From assembly GCA_013265495.1 (NCBI GenBank), contig MU058213.1, positions 7,332,066 through 7,396,065 on the forward strand: a DNA stretch of 64,000 bases, read 5' to 3'. Position numbers and translations under genes: made by a program. This document shows, in pieces, positions 59,801 through 64,000 of this stretch (its first letter is position 1; every line of letters begins with the position of its first letter). Source of the stretch: Vicugna vicugna. Taxonomy: Eukaryota. The notes below the pieces were generated by a model. It saw only the letters and a list, made by a program, of their open reading frames with translations. It was not told the DNA's origin and made no database searches.

Positions 59801-61879
59801 CAAATAAGGTTCATTTTATCCACTTTGACAATGGAAACAAAAGGCACTCTGGAAACATCCTTTTAGTTCGAAGCACCCCTTCTCTTTGGGGAGGAGGGAA
59901 GCGTTCAGTGATTCCATATGTATCTTACACTCAGTATATGGAGGATGGACGTCAGTGCCAGGTAATTCCAACACTTAACCTGTTACTTAAACATCTAGCT
60001 GTCCAAGGAGTTCAAATGAATTGTTAGCTACAAAGAGAGGCTTCTCAATCTACATCCCACTCCGAGGTCAACTCTCGTCCCAGGTGCACTTGGCCGGGAG
60101 GCACTCGTAATCTCAGAAGCAGATACGGCTGCCAAGTTCAAGTTGCCATGACTCTGAACATAGTATAACATTCCACTCCGAGCCAGAGCCTGTCAGTCTC
60201 ACGGCTGCTCAGATGAGGGCCCTTCGTTGGTACACTTTGGCTCACATCCACTGGCTACAGTGATGCAGCAGGTGAAGGACTTAAGTGTCACTCAGTTGGT
60301 TTCCAGTTGCTTCCAGGAAAAAAAAAAAAAACAACAACAACAACAAACCCATGGCATATAAGAGGCTCACATCTGACACCTGGCAAATTTCCCCCGTGTT
60401 CAGAGGCCATCGATTGGAGATCTGACCTTGGCTGTCACGGCCTCAGTGCTGTCTCCCGCACTCTGAGAGGCCCTGAGACACCCAGAAACCTGGGGACATT
60501 AGCAATCTGGAGGCGAGCTATAGAAAACCACTCTACACGTATCTAAGAACTCCGCCAAGAAACTTAGCCCCGAGATGCCAACTTCAGAACATTCTGTCTT
60601 AGGAGCTGTCAGTCAGCTCGACATCATATTCTGGTTTCATGGTGTTGATACACATCTACCAGAAAGGAGGCCAAAAGGGAGGCCTGGCCTCCGCCGTTAT
60701 CTTCTGCAAGCGGCCCCCCCACCCCGCCGCTCTCCCCTGGGGCTTTTTCTCTAAGGACTGCTCCTGGGCTGTCTCTCTAATTAGGACTGGGCACCTGTGG
60801 TCCTGAGGTTCCAGGAATATTAAAATAAATTTAAAAAAAGAATGCTAATTACCAGTAGGCTTCTCAGGAAACAAGAGAACAGCAAACTCACCTTAACTTG
60901 GCCTTTGTTTCTCTGGCAACTGAAAGGTCAAAACGCTATTTTGTCATTTTTGCATAGTCATTTACACTGATAATTTCCCCTTGCGGGATCAAACCTTCAG
61001 TGCGCAAAGAAATCTAGAAACTTTCTGTTCACACACTTTTAGGCGTGTGCCCCGAATGACACACTCCTGGAGGTAGGCCCGAGTCATGGTAACTGGCCAC
61101 ATCCTTTATCTGTTGGGACCTGAGAGTTAGCAGAACTTTATCTCTATGATGAAATGGCCTTTAGAAGTGGGTATCGCCGAGTTCAGAACGCGAGCATCTT
61201 TACTGAGAAAAAGCACTTTCCTTTTAAACAGAGAAACCAACAAGCCATGCACTACAAGGCCTGAAAAGAAAAAAAAGGGTTGAGCTACCACAAAACAAAC
61301 AAATATTCAGCTTGGTTTCAGGAAGTTTAGCGAGGATCAAACAAAGCCTTTCTCTATTGAAGTTGTTCGAGAACATTTGTGCTTACTGCAGCCTCTGGTT
61401 CCTACTTATGAGGCTGGCTTTTATACACCGACCTCAGGAGGGCATTCCAACTTCAGGTTACTCACAAAGTAGCTTCAGAAACGGCGGCCTGAGCATCCCA
61501 CCCCCCCCCGTGTGGGGGAGGGGAAGCACTCCGATGTGACAGTGTTTCCAAACCACCGCTCTGTCCTTGAGGCAAAGAAGATATCTCGAAAACTGGAGAG
61601 AGAAACTCCGCAGAGAGAGGGTGAGAAAGCTTTCCTGTGGTGTGAACACGCCTGTGAGGAGAATGCCTCTTCTCGTGGGATGAAACCAGGAGACGAGAGA
61701 GGCTATTTGTGGAACCCTAGTGAGGGTTTCCACTCAGAAGGAGAGTGCAATTTTCTGCTGGTCCCTGGGGAGGAAGATCTGGTACACCGTTGAATTTTCA
61801 AGCAAATTATATTCCAGAATTGAAAAAGGAACTATGCCCACTCCTGGCAAACGATAATCTTGTTTTATAAACCTATTAC

Positions 61880-62050
61880 TTTTCAGTTCTTTGTGCTCAG
61901 GCTCATAACAATGTTTTGGGTAGGGCTTTTATCCCCATTTGATGGATTAGAAAATTGAGGCTTGGAGATTAAGTCCAAAATTTCACAACAAACACTAAAC
62001 TAAGATTCAACCTGGGTCTTTCTGCCTTGAATGCTTGAACTCTTTCCAAC
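61880..62050 (-). mobile_element. MIR
   Basis: TTATCCCCATTTGATGGATTAGAAAATTGAGGCTTGGAGA...GATTCAACCTGGGTCTTTCTG. Confidence 0.65.
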
Positions 62051-63154
62051 ATGCCACACCGGCTCCTAACTTGTATCTTTCCTAACAAAGCACATGGTTA
62101 TCAGTGGGAAGAGAGAGAAACTTCTGGAGAATAGGAAAGAGTTCTGATTGGGGCATGGGCATGAGGCAGAGGGAAATGCTGACACTTTGGTCATTGTTAC
62201 TATGTCCCCATCTTTTCATGGAAAAATATAGAGGTTTCTTCTTAAAATCTGCATTTTGGAACTCGGTGGTAAAATTTACACCCCATCCTGCATATGGTAC
62301 AAGTTCACATCAGAGAGGCAGGAGACAACAAAGGTGTTATCTCCAGAAGGGTCAAGTCTGAAGGATGCACACACCTAAACTCACGTAAATACCCATGGTG
62401 CTTGTCTCCGGAGAGGGTCTCGGTAAGGGTCACCCATACGTCAGCAGGAACGAGCCTTCCACACGCAGAGGGGTTAGGCGCCTCCCGCCACAGACGTGCC
62501 TCCACACACAGTCACCTGGCTGCCTCAGGAGCTTAGAAAAGTCTTCTACCTGCGCTGAACAACTTGCCTTTTTTTTTTTCCACCATAAAGGAGTATATTT
62601 TGGTTATACCAATTGTGCAGCTCTTCTCTGGTACAAAACTGATGCGTATTCCCCACCCCACCCCTGTCCCATACCATCAATGCCCTCCAGCACACAAGAC
62701 GGCTCCCTCTCCAGGAAACACCCTCCTCCCACGCCGATCTTTTTGAACGTTGGTACAACATGTCCATAAAGCCGACTATCCTTGGCAGAGTTTTGAACAG
62801 CCATTTCAGTCACCTAAATCTGAGAGAGATAAATTTACAGTCCACTTTAGGTTTATGTGGGGAACCATAAATATCAAGCTTGAGCCCTGAGGGCTAGAAT
62901 TTCATGGGCCATTAAGCGTGTCACCAGGTGGAGAGCTGTCAATAGCTGGATGTGAGTCACCCGGAGATGGAACCAGCCCGGCTTAAGAGGGTGCAGCCCC
63001 GATCAGAGAGGGGTACCCTTCCTCCCGGCTCCATCGCGGCCCTCGCCAATTCCTCCCTCCCTCCTCGGAACTCAGTTCTCGTCCCTAGGTCTTTAGGATT
63101 TGTCCCCATGCTAGACACTAGCCTGCCTTTCTCGTACCTGGACTAAAACGCTAT

Positions 63155-63290
63155 GCAAAATATGGAAAGAACCAGAGATCTGCAGCAAGGCAGGCTCGGA
63201 TTTAAATCCTTGTTCTGTCATTTGTAGCCATGAAATAATGCACCCGTTACTCAACCTGCCTCAGCTCCAGTTTTTCCAATTGTAAAATTA
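63155..63290 (+). mobile_element. MIR fragment
   Basis: GGATTTAAATCCTTGTTCTGTCATTTGTAGCCATG...GTTACTCAACCTGCCTCAGCTCCAGTTTTTCCAATTGTAAAAT. Confidence 0.55.
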
Positions 63291-64000
63291 TTAAAGATCA
63301 TTAAAAAAGGTATAATTAGGGCCAATAGGCAGAGGTTGTAGGCAGAGGGATTTCCTGCTTAGTAAACAAAAGAACTTTCTAAAAGCCAGGTTGGCTTCAA
63401 AGTAGGATGGGCTGTATTGAAAAGAAATGAAGAAGTCAGTATTACCACTAGGCTGTGTGCTCACGCTGGGTGCTGGGTGGAGGATCCTGGGAACAGGCGG
63501 GAGTTTAGATCTGGCTCCTGCAAATTTCCCTGCTAATCTTGACATTGGACGATTCTGTGATTTGCATGTGTGTCCTTCCAGAAAAGCCAAGATAAAGCCT
63601 CTCAAAATCCCCAGTGGAGAACAAAGGCTAAATGGCATGAGAAAAATTTTCTTTCAGAAAAATTAATCCCTCCCGTGTCTTTTCCACCTCCATTCAGTTC
63701 GCTGGGAGAGAGTCACATTTCCGCCGAGTGCACAGAACACATTTAACCATTCTGAAACACTTAACGTGTAACGCAGACCACATGGCCATCCATTTTAGTG
63801 ACTTCCCACCACACGAATGGTTCCACTGTCAGAGAAATCAGAATTCTGTGGCTGCCTCCTGCTCTCCTTGTCTCCACCACGTCTCTGCTGGACTAGCTCG
63901 GCAGTGCTTGCCCATCCTGCCCTCGTGCTGTCTGAGCCCACGGCACCTGCCAATAGAGTGATGACAGACTTGGACGCTCACGCAGGTTTCCAACAACAGA

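Larger units (their letters stand above)
1..64000 (-). other. RORA: RORA gene body, mostly intronic (RORalpha4 intron 1 below ~5534; long RORalpha1 intron throughout)
   Basis: Three isoform-specific exon homologues occur in minus-strand order (38.8 kb, 26.9 kb, 5.56 kb). The shared QIEIIPCKICG exon and RORalpha1 exon 2 were not seen, so they should lie outside the window. Confidence 0.85.

Overview
Mammalian genomic DNA, most likely camelid: four tRNA-derived SINEs carry the Vic-1-like GGGGAGGGTATAGCTCAGTGG head, and several L1 3' ends are young. The window lies inside the nuclear-receptor gene RORA, transcribed on the minus strand. A CpG island at ~4.4-6.3 kb holds the promoter and first exon of the RORalpha4 isoform (ATG ATG TAT TTT GTG ATC = MMYFVI). 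Upstream are non-coding, frameshifted orthologues of two exons that encode the human RORalpha2/alpha3 N-termini (~38.7-38.8 kb and ~26.8-26.9 kb), both still with splice-site-like borders. The 3' end and donor of the RORalpha4 exon differ from the conserved ...IAAMK|GT. The rest is intronic: L1, L2, MIR, MER82, MER2B, MER53, a MER34-like solo LTR, SINEs, microsatellites and candidate enhancers. No shared RORA DBD/LBD exons, RNA genes or prokaryotic systems were seen. All homology and repeat-family calls come from recalled sequences, not database searches, and repeat boundaries are approximate unless a TSD is given.
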